Positions 39,301-50,053 of a DNA stretch of 64,000 nt are shown here, piece after piece. The notes under the pieces were generated by a model that saw nothing but the letters and a program-made list of their open reading frames with translations, was not told the DNA's origin and did not search any database. The stretch is from Phoronis australis. Taxonomy: Eukaryota; Animalia; Phoronida. Position 1 is the stretch's first letter. The number at the start of each line of letters is the position of its first letter. Made by a program: the position numbers and the translations under genes. The DNA is taken from NCBI GenBank assembly GCA_002633005.1, contig NMRA01000021.1, forward strand, positions 1,051,119 to 1,115,118. The letters are read 5' to 3'.

Positions 39301-40857
39301 CTGTCCACATCATGAAGATCAGTCAAACTACAGGGAATTCCCCAGTGCCAGCCACTGACTGAGGACAGAGGATTAAGCAAGTTCAGGCCATCAGCACAAC
39401 CACTCTTGCACCGCTGCAGAGGAGGGATATAAAATGTCTTCTCCGCAGGGACTCATCTAGCGGCCCCAAGGTCATTGACCAGTTTCAAAAAACCACAACT
39501 TGGGCAGCCAAGACAGCAAAAAAAAAGGTATGATTAGAGACAACCTCGGCAAAAAAGAATGATTTTAATAATTTTGATTAATTAATTTTATTGAAACCTA
39601 AAAGTATTTGTTTTAGTTTAATAAATATTCCGATATGAATTGGAATCACAATTAACATAGACTTTTACCAAAAATATCACAATGACAAATGGCAAGTGTC
39701 GGCAGCCATATTTTTCGGGGGGGGGGGGGAGACTGTCTCCCTGTCCAGTGATANATTATGTCATGCGATTCCTAGTACAGGAAGTGTGTCATAGGTAACC
39801 CATCATATGTTGTTATGTAGTTGTGTGTATATATATTGTGATGATATGTAGAATAAATCAGTTCAGTGTTCAGTTCATTTCTGTTCGTTTCACTGCATAG
39901 TTAATGGAGTGTCTACTTTATTTGACAAAGTAAGATACACAACACTTAGAGACAACCTCGGCTAAAAAAGAAGAATTTTAATATTTTTGATTAGTTAATT
40001 TTATTGGAACCTAAAAGTCCTTGTTTTAGTTGAATAAATATTCTGATATGAATTGAAATCACTATTAACATGGATTTTAACCATAAATATCACACAGACA
40101 AATGGCAAGTGTTGGTAGCCATATTTTTCAGGGAGTAGGGTGGAGGGGACTGTCTCCCTGTCCAGTGATATCAAGGTGACCTCATACGTATTCTCCGCAT
40201 AGTGCGACTGTCAATCTCGTGAATTTAGACTCCCGCCTTTGAAATCCAAGAGGAGTTCCTACCCCTCCCCCTACAGTTGTTTGCGGTCTAAAACCCTGTC
40301 TATATTATGCCGTTTGAAAACTTGCACATGAATGAATTTTCCACCATCTGACTTTGCGTTTGATGTGAGAGAGACTTCCTTTCTGAGCACATGTCCCATA
40401 TTTCAAATTATATTAATTAATATGTATGAAGAAAGATCTCTGGTAAAAGTTTGAGGCCATGACAGCTTCATTCCACTACTGCCAATACTTGATCCATTAC
40501 AGAACTGTACATCTGTTCTGACACTACATTGTTGCAACAGAAACGGAGGGAGAAAACACAAGCAATGGCCATGCATTACTCATAAGTCATAATATTAGTA
40601 GGTACATAAAGTATAGCCATCTATCAACAGAATTCGTATCTAAGACACTCAAAATTACAATCTCAACAAAGATGGCCTTCTTTCAATAAAAGCAACTAAA
40701 TCAATTTGTCTGAAATCAAAGATAATAGCAAAATTAGTCTCAATGACTTTTGACAGAACTCACTGAATAAACCCGAGACGGACGACCCCTGACCCTCACC
40801 CTGACCTAGTACTATCCCTGCTGAGGACAGTAACAACAGAATTGTAGTGACTGACAT
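12184..40857 (-). CDS. Cont: Contactin, invertebrate type (signal peptide - CTLD - 6 Ig - 4 FNIII - GPI signal); 25 coding exons, 1253 aa
   Basis: Exons joined by hand at GT-AG sites with matching phases: 40800-40857, 38914-39005, 37743-37828, 35646-35809, 34859-34969, 34054-34264, 32728-32858, 32261-32356, 31168-31374, 27990-28095, 27008-27195, 26205-26501, 25246-25539, 24487-24668, 23905-24031, 22664-22822, 21182-21331, 19880-19974, 18677-18766, 18155-18314, 17220-17341, 15563-15749, 14870-14985, 14078-14279, 12184-12314. They total 3762 nt with no internal stop. Domain order matches Drosophila Contactin; family motifs include PRGPRF, ECFAYG and GGSGKVGDL. Confidence 0.93.
13349..13565. mobile_element. 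Second Harbinger-type MITE family (217 bp)
   Basis: TIRs AGACCCGTTCCA...TGGAACGGGCTC; TSD CTG at 13346-13348 and 13566-13568. Confidence 0.65.
14078..14279 (-). CDS. Cont: Contactin exon 24: FNIII-4 C-part
   Basis: LRVFGYSRGGVGKMSSP. Confidence 0.93.
14762..14836. repeat. 19-bp tandem repeat (CCCCTATCACTAAACCACG), 4 copies
   Basis: Direct inspection. Confidence 0.85.
14870..14985 (-). CDS. Cont: Contactin exon 23: FNIII-4 N-part
   Basis: APINMP...LKWRGV...EEPLQGYK. Confidence 0.92.
15563..15749 (-). CDS. Cont: Contactin exon 22: FNIII-3 C-part
   Basis: IIGLLPDTYYRVTV...NGAGNGDKSE. Confidence 0.93.
16076..16133. repeat. Perfect 27-bp inverted repeat with a 4-nt loop
   Basis: 16076-16102 is the exact reverse complement of 16107-16133. 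Confidence 0.92.
16755..17155. mobile_element. PIF/Harbinger-type MITE, copy A
   Basis: TIRs GG(T/C)CCGGTCTC...GAGACCGGGCC, 3-bp TSD CAG, internally palindromic. Highly similar to 50054-50459. Confidence 0.85.
17220..17341 (-). CDS. Cont: Contactin exon 21: FNIII-3 N-part
   Basis: PYNSTALRVFWNP...GKLRGY. Confidence 0.93.
18155..18314 (-). CDS. Cont: Contactin exon 20: FNIII-2 end
   Basis: YSDYEIAVRAKNIVGNGPLS...SSEE. Confidence 0.93.
18677..18766 (-). CDS. Cont: Contactin exon 19: FNIII-2 middle
   Basis: ALTRAEYHGRDVQYIVYWR; phase 0->0. Confidence 0.9.
19880..19974 (-). CDS. Cont: Contactin exon 18: FNIII-2 start
   Basis: APRNVTGGSGKVGDLVMQW, a contactin signature. Confidence 0.93.
21182..21331 (-). 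CDS. Cont: Contactin exon 17: FNIII-1 C-part
   Basis: GLNAYSTYTFRVRAANKYGVGPPS. Confidence 0.93.
22208..22327. repeat. About 62-bp tandem duplication
   Basis: GATAGTGTGGATACTGATG...TTCAGTGAT twice. Confidence 0.75.
22664..22822 (-). CDS. Cont: Contactin exon 16: FNIII-1 N-part
   Basis: GPPGPPAGV...LTW. Confidence 0.93.
23905..24031 (-). CDS. Cont: Contactin exon 15: Ig6 C-part
   Basis: MAGKYRCIART. Confidence 0.92.
24487..24668 (-). CDS. Cont: Contactin exon 14: Ig6 N-part
   Basis: FTCVA..NPRLD..YIWELNG. Confidence 0.92.
25246..25539 (-). CDS. Cont: Contactin exon 13: Ig5
   Basis: GGNVTLPCQPEAAP...DRGEYTC. Confidence 0.94.
26205..26501 (-). CDS. Cont: Contactin exon 12: Ig4
   Basis: WKCRAEGKPDVTYQWYKNG...DDGMYQCAATN. 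Confidence 0.94.
27008..27195 (-). CDS. Cont: Contactin exon 11: Ig3 C-part (YTWTRVDG...DAGKYRC)
   Basis: Ig Trp and DxGxYxC motifs; phase 2->1. Confidence 0.92.
27990..28095 (-). CDS. Cont: Contactin exon 10: Ig3 N-part (PKRGDNVRVECFAYG)
   Basis: ECFAYG contactin motif. Confidence 0.92.
28614..28735. repeat. 122-bp spacerless palindrome (61-bp arms, 2 mismatches)
   Basis: Centred on TCC|GGA at 28674/28675. Confidence 0.92.
29240..31050. repeat. Interspersed repeat with internal GCCACTAG(G/A)(T/G)GGCG subrepeats; a relative lies at about 61270-61790
   Basis: Shared motifs AAAA(T/C)GGCCACTAGGTGGCG and AAAATTGCCACTAGGGG in both regions. Confidence 0.55.
31168..31374 (-). CDS. Cont: Contactin exon 9: Ig2 C-part (YQWYK...FISQGGTLYFS...DSGNYYC)
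   Basis: Contactin/L1-type FISxxGxLYFS and DxGxYxC motifs. Confidence 0.92.
32261..32356 (-). CDS. Cont: Contactin exon 8: Ig2 N-part (ELPAFPSDER...IACNPPP)
   Basis: Contactin-type CxPP motif; phase 1->1. Confidence 0.88.
32728..32858 (-). CDS. Cont: Contactin exon 7: Ig1 C-half (DFGQYVCKASNKYGTIIS)
   Basis: DxGxYxC motif. Confidence 0.92.
34054..34264 (-). CDS. Cont: Contactin exon 6: Ig1 N-half (DYG...PRGPRF...ACAADGWPQPTYTW)
   Basis: Ig I-set CxAxGxPxPxxxW motif. Confidence 0.92.
34859..34969 (-). CDS. Cont: Contactin exon 5: CTLD end (RWGW...SYICE) and linker
   Basis: YICE terminal lectin motif; ctacag acceptor, gtctgt donor. Confidence 0.88.
35646..35809 (-). CDS. Cont: Contactin exon 4: CTLD (YGWYTSGRRD...FKWEDGS...)
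   Basis: WYTSG (WIGL-equivalent) and FxWxDGS motifs; phase 2->1. Confidence 0.88.
36042..36770 (-). mobile_element. Degenerate 3' fragment of an L1/Tx1-type LINE in a contactin intron
   Basis: zf-RVT-like TKDTKLRWFQ..IHRMLPT...LCSVCG..SET and LIMLAK, with frameshifts. A-rich tail at about 36042-36074. Confidence 0.75.
37743..37828 (-). CDS. Cont: Contactin exon 3: CTLD (VYGATLVSVNDIAENDFI...)
   Basis: GAxLVS...EN.FI lectin motif; ttttcag acceptor, gtaag donor. Confidence 0.9.
37855..38315. mobile_element. pogo/Tc1-mariner-type MITE
   Basis: TIR CCGAGATTTTTCGTA(C/G)ATAAGCCC with TA TSD on both sides; shares both ends with 43375-44703. Confidence 0.85.
38914..39005 (-). CDS. Cont: Contactin exon 2: CTLD start (DCPEPWVEYSDNCYYF...ARLACE)
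   Basis: CP..W.....CY.F C-type lectin signature; AG/GT boundaries, phase 1->0. Confidence 0.9.
39534..40170. repeat. About 220-bp direct duplication (39534-39753 and 39946-40170)
   Basis: Collinear and roughly 85-90% identical by eye; separated by one N and the solo-LTR candidate. Confidence 0.85.
39759..39944 (+). mobile_element. Probable short solo LTR
   Basis: TGT...AACA termini, internal TATATA and AATAAA; flanks ATTA/CTTA form an imperfect 4-bp TSD. Confidence 0.55.
40800..40857 (-). CDS. Cont: Contactin coding exon 1: signal peptide MSVTTILLLLSSAGIVLGQ
   Basis: GCC-ATG context, hydrophobic core. Acceptor tttcag just upstream (exon starts 40869), so a non-coding 5' exon lies further upstream. 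Donor G|GTGAG, phase 1. Confidence 0.85.
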
Positions 40858-43374
40858 GGCGCAGGAAATCTGAAAAAGACACAAACATCAAGTGGTTTGA
40901 AAACGCAAAATGTTAAAAGCCCACTGTGTACACCGCACACAGTGCAAATACAAGAGATGATCATTTTAAATATTTCCAAATCTCCCACAAAACAGAGCAA
41001 CAATAGTACAATTGAAATAAGACTCTAGGAATTGCATTTAGCAAGTCAGAATTGCTCACATCTGCTACCATGATTCTTCAAGAAGTTTGGAGGAAACAGG
41101 ACAGGGTGACAAAGGACACAGTTCAAACAAAAAAGGTCACTGGTGGGCGCAACATAGGCTAGGTAATAATTGGATAGGTGGGTCTATGATTAAAAATTGC
41201 AGTGCTCGACAGGCAGGTGGCCAAATGCAATCTCAGATTGTGAGTATCAAAGTCAGACAATAATTCCCCAAAATTCATTTCCAATTTTTATTTTGGATTC
41301 CAAACTTCAAATTACTAATGCTCACTTTTCCAAGATTCATTACCTTTGATTCACAATTGTTGCATTTATTTCTGGAACAGTGCATTTGCCACAAAAGCAG
41401 TCAACACGTGTGTTTAAATTACAACAGTTAAGTAAACCAACACAAGTCGGGACTTTTTCGGCAAAAATCAGGCATGATGGGTGAAATATCCTGCGATCGT
41501 CTGCGTTCTACGTCCATTTGTTGGCAGGAGGAATTGAGTAAGAGAATAAAGTACATTTACGGGGAGAAATTGGAGAGGTACGCGTAAAATACTGAGAATG
41601 GGTCACGTTACAACCGACGACATTTACAATGGACCGGCAATCTCCAATTCCATTTGACGAACTGGGATTTTTATTTTTGACAACCTCAGATTTCGTTTGG
41701 CGACCTGGGATTTTTGTCAGGGTGCCAAATGCGAATTGATGTTAAGCTAAGTGTAGAGTGTTGAATAGATTTGAGAACCAATAACTCCCACTGAATAAAG
41801 GGTGCTACTCAGTGGGAGACTCTCAAATCAGGGACCCATGTATCAAACTATTACCACCACTTTAGGGCTGGACAGAGCTGTAGTCACATGCGTGAAAGTA
41901 ATTTATTTGTCAAATTTCACAAATACACAATCAAGAAACTTGTTAGAGGATATATATGCTTCAGCAGTAAGACTCTAAGTCCGATGTGTGCCAAGGCAGT
42001 CTGCCATGAGCATCACATAACAGCCCACCTGAAGTTGTGACTTTACTGTTTTTGAGATTTTTGATCGTCACAAGCAATCAAAAACTTATTTAACTGATCA
42101 AGCGAAAACAGGTCTTCAAAGGATTGCTCGATACTGATTTCGTAAAGTTCCATGCATATTTGATAAGAAAGATCTGAGCATACAGATTTTTTGTGTGGAA
42201 CCTTTTTGTATTAGAATGATTGAGGACTGGTGTGCCAGTGCCAGGCAGTGGTCAGATCAGGAACAGATTTAGTATGACACACTAGTGTTTTTCAATGGCT
42301 TTGCCAATCGAAGTACATTTTCTGGAAAGAAACAATTACAGGAATATCTATACAGAATGTTCATTAACGACACCTGTATGAGTCACTTTAGAGGCATTAG
42401 TCAGTTGACCTAGTTTTTCAAGATCAGGTACAGGTAGCTTAAAATGTCACGTTTTAAGAAAAGAGTGAAGTAAACCCATTTAAATTTACCAGCATGCTCA
42501 CATATAATAAATCTGTCTTCTGTGACAAAATACTAGAAAACAACCAAATACTTACTTGCGAATATTACCAAAATTATTCACAGGCCATTTCACTCCTAAG
42601 ACGAAGTTTACCAATATGGCCGTTATTACCGCTTTCGGAAATGGGTCACTATTTTTCTCAGGTGTGCCGTAGATGGCGCTACATCAGAGATACCCCAGGA
42701 GAAATATACTTGTTCTCCAAACTGAGTTTCCTTCACATAAGGTTCGGCCTCTTCAGAAATTCATTCTTCATCTCAGAAATTTTCCTCTACGCACGTCTCG
42801 GTAAGGTCTACTATCTTTCAGGGCCCATGGCTCTAATTTGTAGAATTCATAATCAGAAAAGGCGAGATCGTGCCTTGTTAATGCATGTGATGGGCTCCTT
42901 CGTTAATGGACTGAGCCTCCCTTAAGTGCAGTATGTGTGATTTTATGAATCAAACTTAGTCTCCTATTCTATGGTGCTCAACTTTGTTAACCTTACGTAT
43001 ATAGTATTTTAAATTTGTTTTAATTTCACATACATTTATATATTTTATAATTTTATAACTTATGTATATATTTGTCGGTATTAGCCTTTGGCCAATGTTT
43101 TCTCGTTGTTTCATTAACCGACTATAAATAAAATGACTTGACACAGTGACCTGACTTGTCTGCCCCGGTCTGACAGGCCCGTTCAGCATAAGGGAGGTCC
43201 GGGGGATTCGAACTCCTCCCCCGCCGGCGGAAAAGGTCCAGCCCTACTCCCGGCCGTTAATGATCGGATGTAGATGAACAACGAGCAACAAGATTGTTGC
43301 AGCTCTTGGTACTACTAACTACAATGAAAAATTGAAGAGAGTTCGTTTGCTTCCAGATTCAAAGCGCTTCACTA

Positions 43375-44703
43375 CCGTTCCGTAGATAAGCCCCCAGGCG
43401 TGTATTCGGAAAGTGAACATTTTCAGGCATTTTAGTAACACCAATAAACTTAAAGCCCGGCGTTTATTCGGAAAAGGGGGCGTGTTAACGGAAAGTCGTG
43501 ATTTTGGCTAAGTAAATACAGCATGATCGCGCGGTATGTATTTTTGTAAGTGAAACAGCCCTTCTGAGTGGATGGTACGAAAAAGACTGTTGACACCTGT
43601 TAACAAAGCTAATTGTGTAGCAACTTATCAACGGGACAAAAATTAAAATGGCATGACACCTCTAGACCTCTTTGTGGCAAAGTTGATAGCACCCAAGGAC
43701 ACCTAGTAAAAACTTCGGCTTGAATATTACCACCACGCATTCAAGTTGTGAAAAAATAACAAGTTCGAGCGTGTGAAATTTCGGGGTCTAACGAAGCTCA
43801 ACACACATTGATACCAAGCTTAATTTTGACGACAGTCTTCATGCATCTAGCTGGCCTGTTACGTCATAACCCGCGAAAGCACACAGACATGGATAATTTA
43901 CATTTTGTCCGGCGGTCACGTTTAGTCTGCGGCGGTCCTGTTTTGTGGTGGAGCGTTATGTTTTTAGGTGCGTCTGTCCCATTTATGGTGCGGCGGTCCC
44001 ATTTGATCCCTTAGATCGTGTTTAGTGGCGAGTTGGTCCGATTTGGAGGACCGGCGGTCATGTTTTGGGTCCGGCGGCTATGTTATTTCTCATCTGGTGT
44101 GTATCAGTATTGACTTGATATCGCACTCCTCTATCTTAGGATCGAGAAACTTCTGGAATTTGTATCTTCAGCCATGCGAAAAATCCCGCAAGACATCATT
44201 ATAAGAGCTTTCGAATGTTGATGGGCAAATGGTCTCTAGCGTATTATTCAACCCCGGATTCGCGAACACATCGCGGGTAGTCAAGGACGGCAAGTCGCCG
44301 GATCCCTTCACCGACTCGGAGGTGGAAAGAAATTCGGAGGAAGAGCTGGATCAAAACATTGACATGAACTGAATACACGTAGATTTAGAAGTTTTGTGGC
44401 TGATTTTTTACCTAAAACTGTTTTTAAAAAAAAATATAGTAATAAATGCATAGTTCGGCAACACTTCATTCGTTTTTATAATCGATAAATGCTCTACAAA
44501 ACTGACTTTGTGACTAAAAGGTGACGCTAAGTGGGCGTTTAAAAGGAAGTTTTCCAAATAAACACACTACTATCTGGACACTTGACACGAGAAGTTGCAA
44601 CATCAAATAAACGCCCGTGGGCGTATAGGCCCATTCGACATAATTTTCCGAATAACCGCACATGGGCGTTTCATCGGGTGGGCTTATCTACGGAAAACCC
44701 CGG
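43375..44703 (+). mobile_element. Internally deleted pogo-like DNA transposon with a transposase C-terminal remnant
   Basis: TA-flanked CCG...CGG termini. At about 44141-44372: IEKLLEFVSSAMRKIPQDIIIRAFEC, then an acidic tail, resembling the end of DDE_1 transposases. Confidence 0.7.
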
Positions 44704-46295
44704 TAACTTCGGCCGAGTGGTGTTTGCGTAGATGACAAATAAGAGGACTCGAGGCTTTATGTCATTCATCAGTGTTGAACACGCGTGGTGGCTACACCAA
44801 AGTGTAACGATCGGGAGCTGAGAAGTAAATGTCTATACCTAGGCATAAAACTCTAGTCCTCATGACCTCATAGTAGGCCTAAGTCACAAAGCTTATAGCA
44901 GCGAGACGGGAGCTCCCAGAACTAAGCGGTGTGGTGTGAATGCCTTAAAATCGGCGTACTGAGCCGAAAATAGATGTTTCAGTTATTTCGGTGTAGTTGC
45001 GTGCATAGTACGGTAATGTAGGCATTTTGTGATCGTCAAATATGTATGTTCATCCAGTGTCCACTTTGATTGTGGACTAATCGATGGATTGACATGCATG
45101 CTTGTACACGTGTGTTCGTTGCCGTCTTTTAAATTCAGTACACCCTGACGGTAAGTTCACAATAGCTATTAGGTAGTCGTCCGTTGTGCTCAAAAACCAG
45201 ACATTTAACCAGTATGTTTTCTTTCACTGGAAAAAACCTGACGAGCATGTTCACCGTTTATCGGCGATTGGGGAAACGGTAAGCCTAGACCTCAACTCCA
45301 AGTGAAGAAAGTCTATAGTCTTGTCAATTAGAGTCAATCATGTGGTGCACAGCCCTGCAGACTTGATTCATATACGAGCAAAAAACTTCTTGATGGAAAA
45401 GATTTCCAAGCCGATGGTACTATGCTAAAAGTTCACTATATACCACACCGACTAAAAGCCCGGAGGTCCATTGCTCCGAAGATCCACTACTCCGAAAGTT
45501 CACTACTCCGAAGGTTCGCAACATTACTTCAAATTTCCACAATTCAGAAACCAGAACTCTGACAGATCATTACTTTGATTGTCTGCTCACCGGACAACTC
45601 ATTCTCGATGTAGGGACAACGTCCTGGAGCACGCGTCGGCAGGCTGCGGCGGCCAACCCCGGTTTCACTTAAGAAGACTGAATGGGACACTTTGACTTCG
45701 TGAAGACGGTCAGGGACAGAGTGGGCCTGACTACATTTAGTTTTGACCCTGTCGTGCGGCGTGGTTGGGTGAGGTTGACGAGCACGGGCCGGCCGCTAAC
45801 TTTGATCAGTCCTGCTGCGCGATGCAATCATGACATGGATTTGATGAATGTATCGTGGTTGATAATTTATCAATATTCCAACTTCATATTCTTTTAAAAA
45901 TGCAAATATGCACTCATTTTTCGTATTCGCAAGACATGCCGGCAATTTCAGTTGCATGCGCGTGTGAAATCCAAACACAAATACCCGGGCGTTGTTTTCG
46001 GTGCTTATACCTGGCTCCCAAGCGGTCTTCCTCCACCTGTGGCCGGGTAAAGATACGTAACTATATGCAATCCCCGACTGCCGCTAGTACGGAGGATATG
46101 CAGGGGGCATGGGGGTACTGTACAGCGCCTCCTCCTTGTCAGCGCAGAGCCCGCAGGTCGACTTGACCACTGTGGACCACGGCGTTTCGCCAATGAAACG
46201 CAGAGCCGGAGGCGACGCCGGCCAGGCGGTAAGCCTGGCACTCGATCCCGCTTCGTTACGTTTGTTAACCCTGAGAAAGCGACACAAATCAAAGT

Positions 46296-46520
46296 GGCCA
46301 ATAGCGAAACATTTCTGGGGACTTCGACATTTTTCAATGCAGTGTTTCAAAAAGCGACACAACCGGCCAATAAACGACACATTTCTGGGAACTTAAATAA
46401 TTTTCAATATAACGTTTCTGAAAGCGACGCACAAGGCCAATAAACGACACATTTCTGGGAACTTAGATAATTTTCAATATAACGTTTCTGAAAGCCACGC
46501 ACAAGGCCAATAAACGACAC
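46296..46520. repeat. 70-bp tandem repeat, about 3.3 copies
   Basis: GGCCAATAAACGACACATTTCTGGGA recurs at about 46296, 46365, 46435 and (partially) 46505. Confidence 0.85.
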
Positions 46521-47002
46521 AGTGGCGGATCTACATGTACGTTTTATGTAAGGGGGTTTAGGATTAGTGCCTTGCGCGAATCCGAGGAGCGTATATATAG
46601 CGCCGAGTGTCCCCCCCCCCTCCCGTGTAAGACATTTTTTGTTGTTGTAGCCAAATAGTGCAAGNATTCATCTTGGTGAGTTCGTGGCAGAACGTGTATC
46701 TGAAGTTTTTCTCAAGATGATTTAAAACCCTTCTCGATTTCGACACATGAACTCGGTTCATAAGTTCCGTGACACCATATTATTTTTGTGCACATCTGGG
46801 TATCAGTTATGCCATCAGCAAAATTTTAGTTGGAACACCTGTCTATACACACCCATTTTTAGTATACGAAAAGTCGTGTACGAAAAAGTATAAGTGCATA
46901 CAGGGGTCAGGCAAAGGCTACCAAGTATTCAAGAGCCTAACGAGCACCAATAACGGTCACGTAAAAATCCAGCGCTTGAATATCAAATAATTGCCGCGCT
47001 CT

Positions 47003-47622
47003 GGTTGTGTGACAGGGCACGAGCTGCCTCCGGCAGCCTGGCCCGACCCGACTACCCGGCTCTGGTTGCTAGACAGGGAACGCGCTACCTCAGGTACTGC
47101 ATGAGCCTAGTGGACCGACCCGCCAACTCAGCTCCGGTTGCGGGACACGGCACGCGTTGCCTCCGGCACCCTGGCCCGACCCGCCTACTCGGCTCTGGTC
47201 ACTGGACACGGTACGCACTGCCTCCGGCAGCCTGGTCCGACCAGGCTACTCGGTTCTGATTGCGGGACATGGAACGAGCTGCCTCTGTCAGCCTAGGCCC
47301 GATCCGCCTATTCAGTTCTCGTTGCGGGACAGGGCACGCTCTGCCTCCCGCAGAATAGCCCGCGACCCGCCTATGTACTCGGTTCTGGTTGCGGGATAGC
47401 TGGGACACGCGCTGCCTCCAGCGCAGGCTGTCCCGACCCGCCTATTTGGTTCTGCATGGTTGCGGGACAGGGCACGCGCTGCCCCCACCGCCCCGCCTAC
47501 TCGGCTCCGGTTGCGGGAAAGGGCACGCGATGCCTCCGGCACCCTGGCTCAGTCGACCCGCCTACTCGGCTCTGCATGGTTGCGGGACAGGGCACGGCGC
47601 TGATGCCTCCGGCAGCCGGGAC
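47003..47622. repeat. GC-rich minisatellite, about 61-bp unit, 10 copies
   Basis: GGTTGCGGGACAGGGCACGCGCTGCCTCCGGCA...CCCGACCCGCCTACTCGGCTCT units. Confidence 0.9.
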
Positions 47623-48716
47623 CGTCCGCAATGATCCCTATTACTCCACTGTTTACAAATCCAATGCATTTGAACGTACTTAATCAGTCTATCATAGCAA
47701 AAGATACCTTGGAAATCTTCATGCACTGTATTGATTTCATTGTCTTCTTGTTGGTACTCAATACAACCGTCAATACTAAGCGACGGGCCTCAACATAACC
47801 GCCGGGTAAAAACAACAGTTACTGTCAGGAAGCAATTCTCTGATTTACTGGATAGCCCTATATTGTTAGTGTAAGTCAAAATAACGCTTGAAAATTAATG
47901 AATAGCATCATTACAAGCGTATAACTGAAATCACAAGTCATGTAAAGATTGCTTTAAAAACTGGCACATAACATGAAGCCAGTCACGCACTCCTTTGTAT
48001 ACGGTTGCCAATTAAATGAAACAATCACTGTTCAATCAAGCAGTTTGTATCAATTAACAACACTAAGTGAGCACTGCCAGAGTCTGCATAACTAGCTTCA
48101 TTGACTATGCGGCGGCTTTAAATAAGCCTCGGTTTGGAATAAGTGCCGAGTCAAAAATGTCTTCGAAAAAATGCGCCGCACGGACCCTAAATAAATACGC
48201 GACACTATGGTACGTAAAACGTGTATGGTTTAACATTTTTATACCACATGTTAAAGATTTTATCGTGAAATATCCGTGTAGTGCGGCCGTACAATAACTC
48301 TTGAAAATGGACACGAACCCACAGTTTCGTCCATTGATCTTGAAGTTCAGTCCTGGGTAGAATAAAACTTAATATGTTTTCCCTTCTATGGGGACGGAGA
48401 GACCTGTTAAAACCCGTAATATTTTTCAAAAGTACCAAGTCACTTGATGGGTGGTAAAAAGGTTTAATTATGATATTCGCACCAATCTCAAGACTGCCAG
48501 GACAACTGAACTGGGACCAGCGATCCTGAGAGGCCAATATGCGCCAATTTAACATTCGGTGTTCTCCCGGTACTTACATGTACATGTAGCAAGTCCGGCG
48601 TTCACAAATTACAGCCCGTTCATCCCGATCACCTGCAGCCACCGCACTTACCGGGTACCTTCTGCTTCCAATACAATAGGCCTAATCGTGGAAATATTTA
48701 CAGGTACATCTGATTA

Positions 48717-48880
48717 CAGTGGCGGATATAGGGGGAGGGGGCAAGCGGGCCATGCCCCCCCCCTAAAATTCTCCCAGTTTCCATTTGGCAGTTCGGGGGT
48801 GAGAATGTCGGACGGGCAAAGTCCTGGCTAATGCTCTGCCCTGCTTCCCCCAACTCAAATAAATCCTGGATCCGCCTCTG
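48717..48880. mobile_element. Short CAGTGGCGGAT...ATCCGCC(A/T)CTG MITE
   Basis: TIR pair visible. Related ends at about 3581-3593, 4018-4030, 30275-30288 and 46520. Confidence 0.55.
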
Positions 48881-50053
48881 CGTTGCTATCTAACAAAGAT
48901 CGATTTACACGCTCGAATCGGCAATAGGCTTGACCTGCTGCTTGGCCAGGGCGTACTTTGCCGTGGTCGGAATTCCTTTGATGTCTAAGAGACCGTGATG
49001 GGCAAAACACCTCACCTGACCTACATGTACATGTATGCCTCGTAGAAAAATTAAAGTCTGTAAACGCTATTCTCGTGGCATGAGGTCACGTTTGCCGAAT
49101 TTCACCTCAGGTTCATTACTTATTAATTAGAGCTCGATACACACGAAATATACGAACCATTTGAAACTAAACAAGTTATTATTATCATCAACCACCCCGG
49201 CGACGGTTGGGCAGCGAACTGGGACCCGCTGGGACGACATCGAACCTCAAACCTGAAAATAACCTGAAAATCCTTTGTCCAAACAATTGCGTAGATTTAT
49301 TATCAAATGCTGTTTTCGCCATCTCCTCGCACTTACATTGAACGTTCCCCAAAGAGCGTCGGCGAACTATAGCGAATAAGCAGGTCTCACGGGAAAGGAG
49401 TCGACTAAAGCAGACGGCAGACGGCCTACTGGCCGGGTGCGATAAGAAGGTACCTTAGTTGTAGCAATATAGTAAAATATGAAAATCTTGAACGATTCGT
49501 TTCCCTACGCATTTTTTCTCATAAAAAAATCCCAATTCATACTACAAGACATGACGCATGAATATTTTTTATTTGATCACAGAGTTCGATCAGCGCAGTT
49601 TCCAATATATCATTGTTCCCAAGACGAAACGTTGACATTTTTTTCAGAATTACTCATTTTACGAATAGAGAAACACGTAACCTGGCCATGTCCTTAGACA
49701 TGGAATAAACCACAGCGGATATGAAAATTAGATTTATTAAAAATAATTGTGACACCATTGCAATCTCGATACATCGGTAGATCAACATTACACAGATTAA
49801 AAACAATGCAGTCGAATAATGATCGAACACTGTATCAGGTGCTGTACACGTGGAAAGACTACGGCGCTTGTACAAAACGAGCTAACCAATCTGAGGCAAA
49901 TATTATTAGTGGACAGAATGCTGGATGATATTCACGAAATCCACGCTTTTTGTAATAACAACAAATGCTTCGTTTACAAAAACCATTTGTGCTCCGAGAG
50001 TCTCATCACGTTTACTGTCAATGTATGTTCTTAGATTAGCCGATCAGGACCAG

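Noticed and set aside
47005-47683. Several overlapping Pro/Arg/Gly-rich ORFs
   Set aside because: They are by-products of a GC-rich minisatellite, with no consistent frame.
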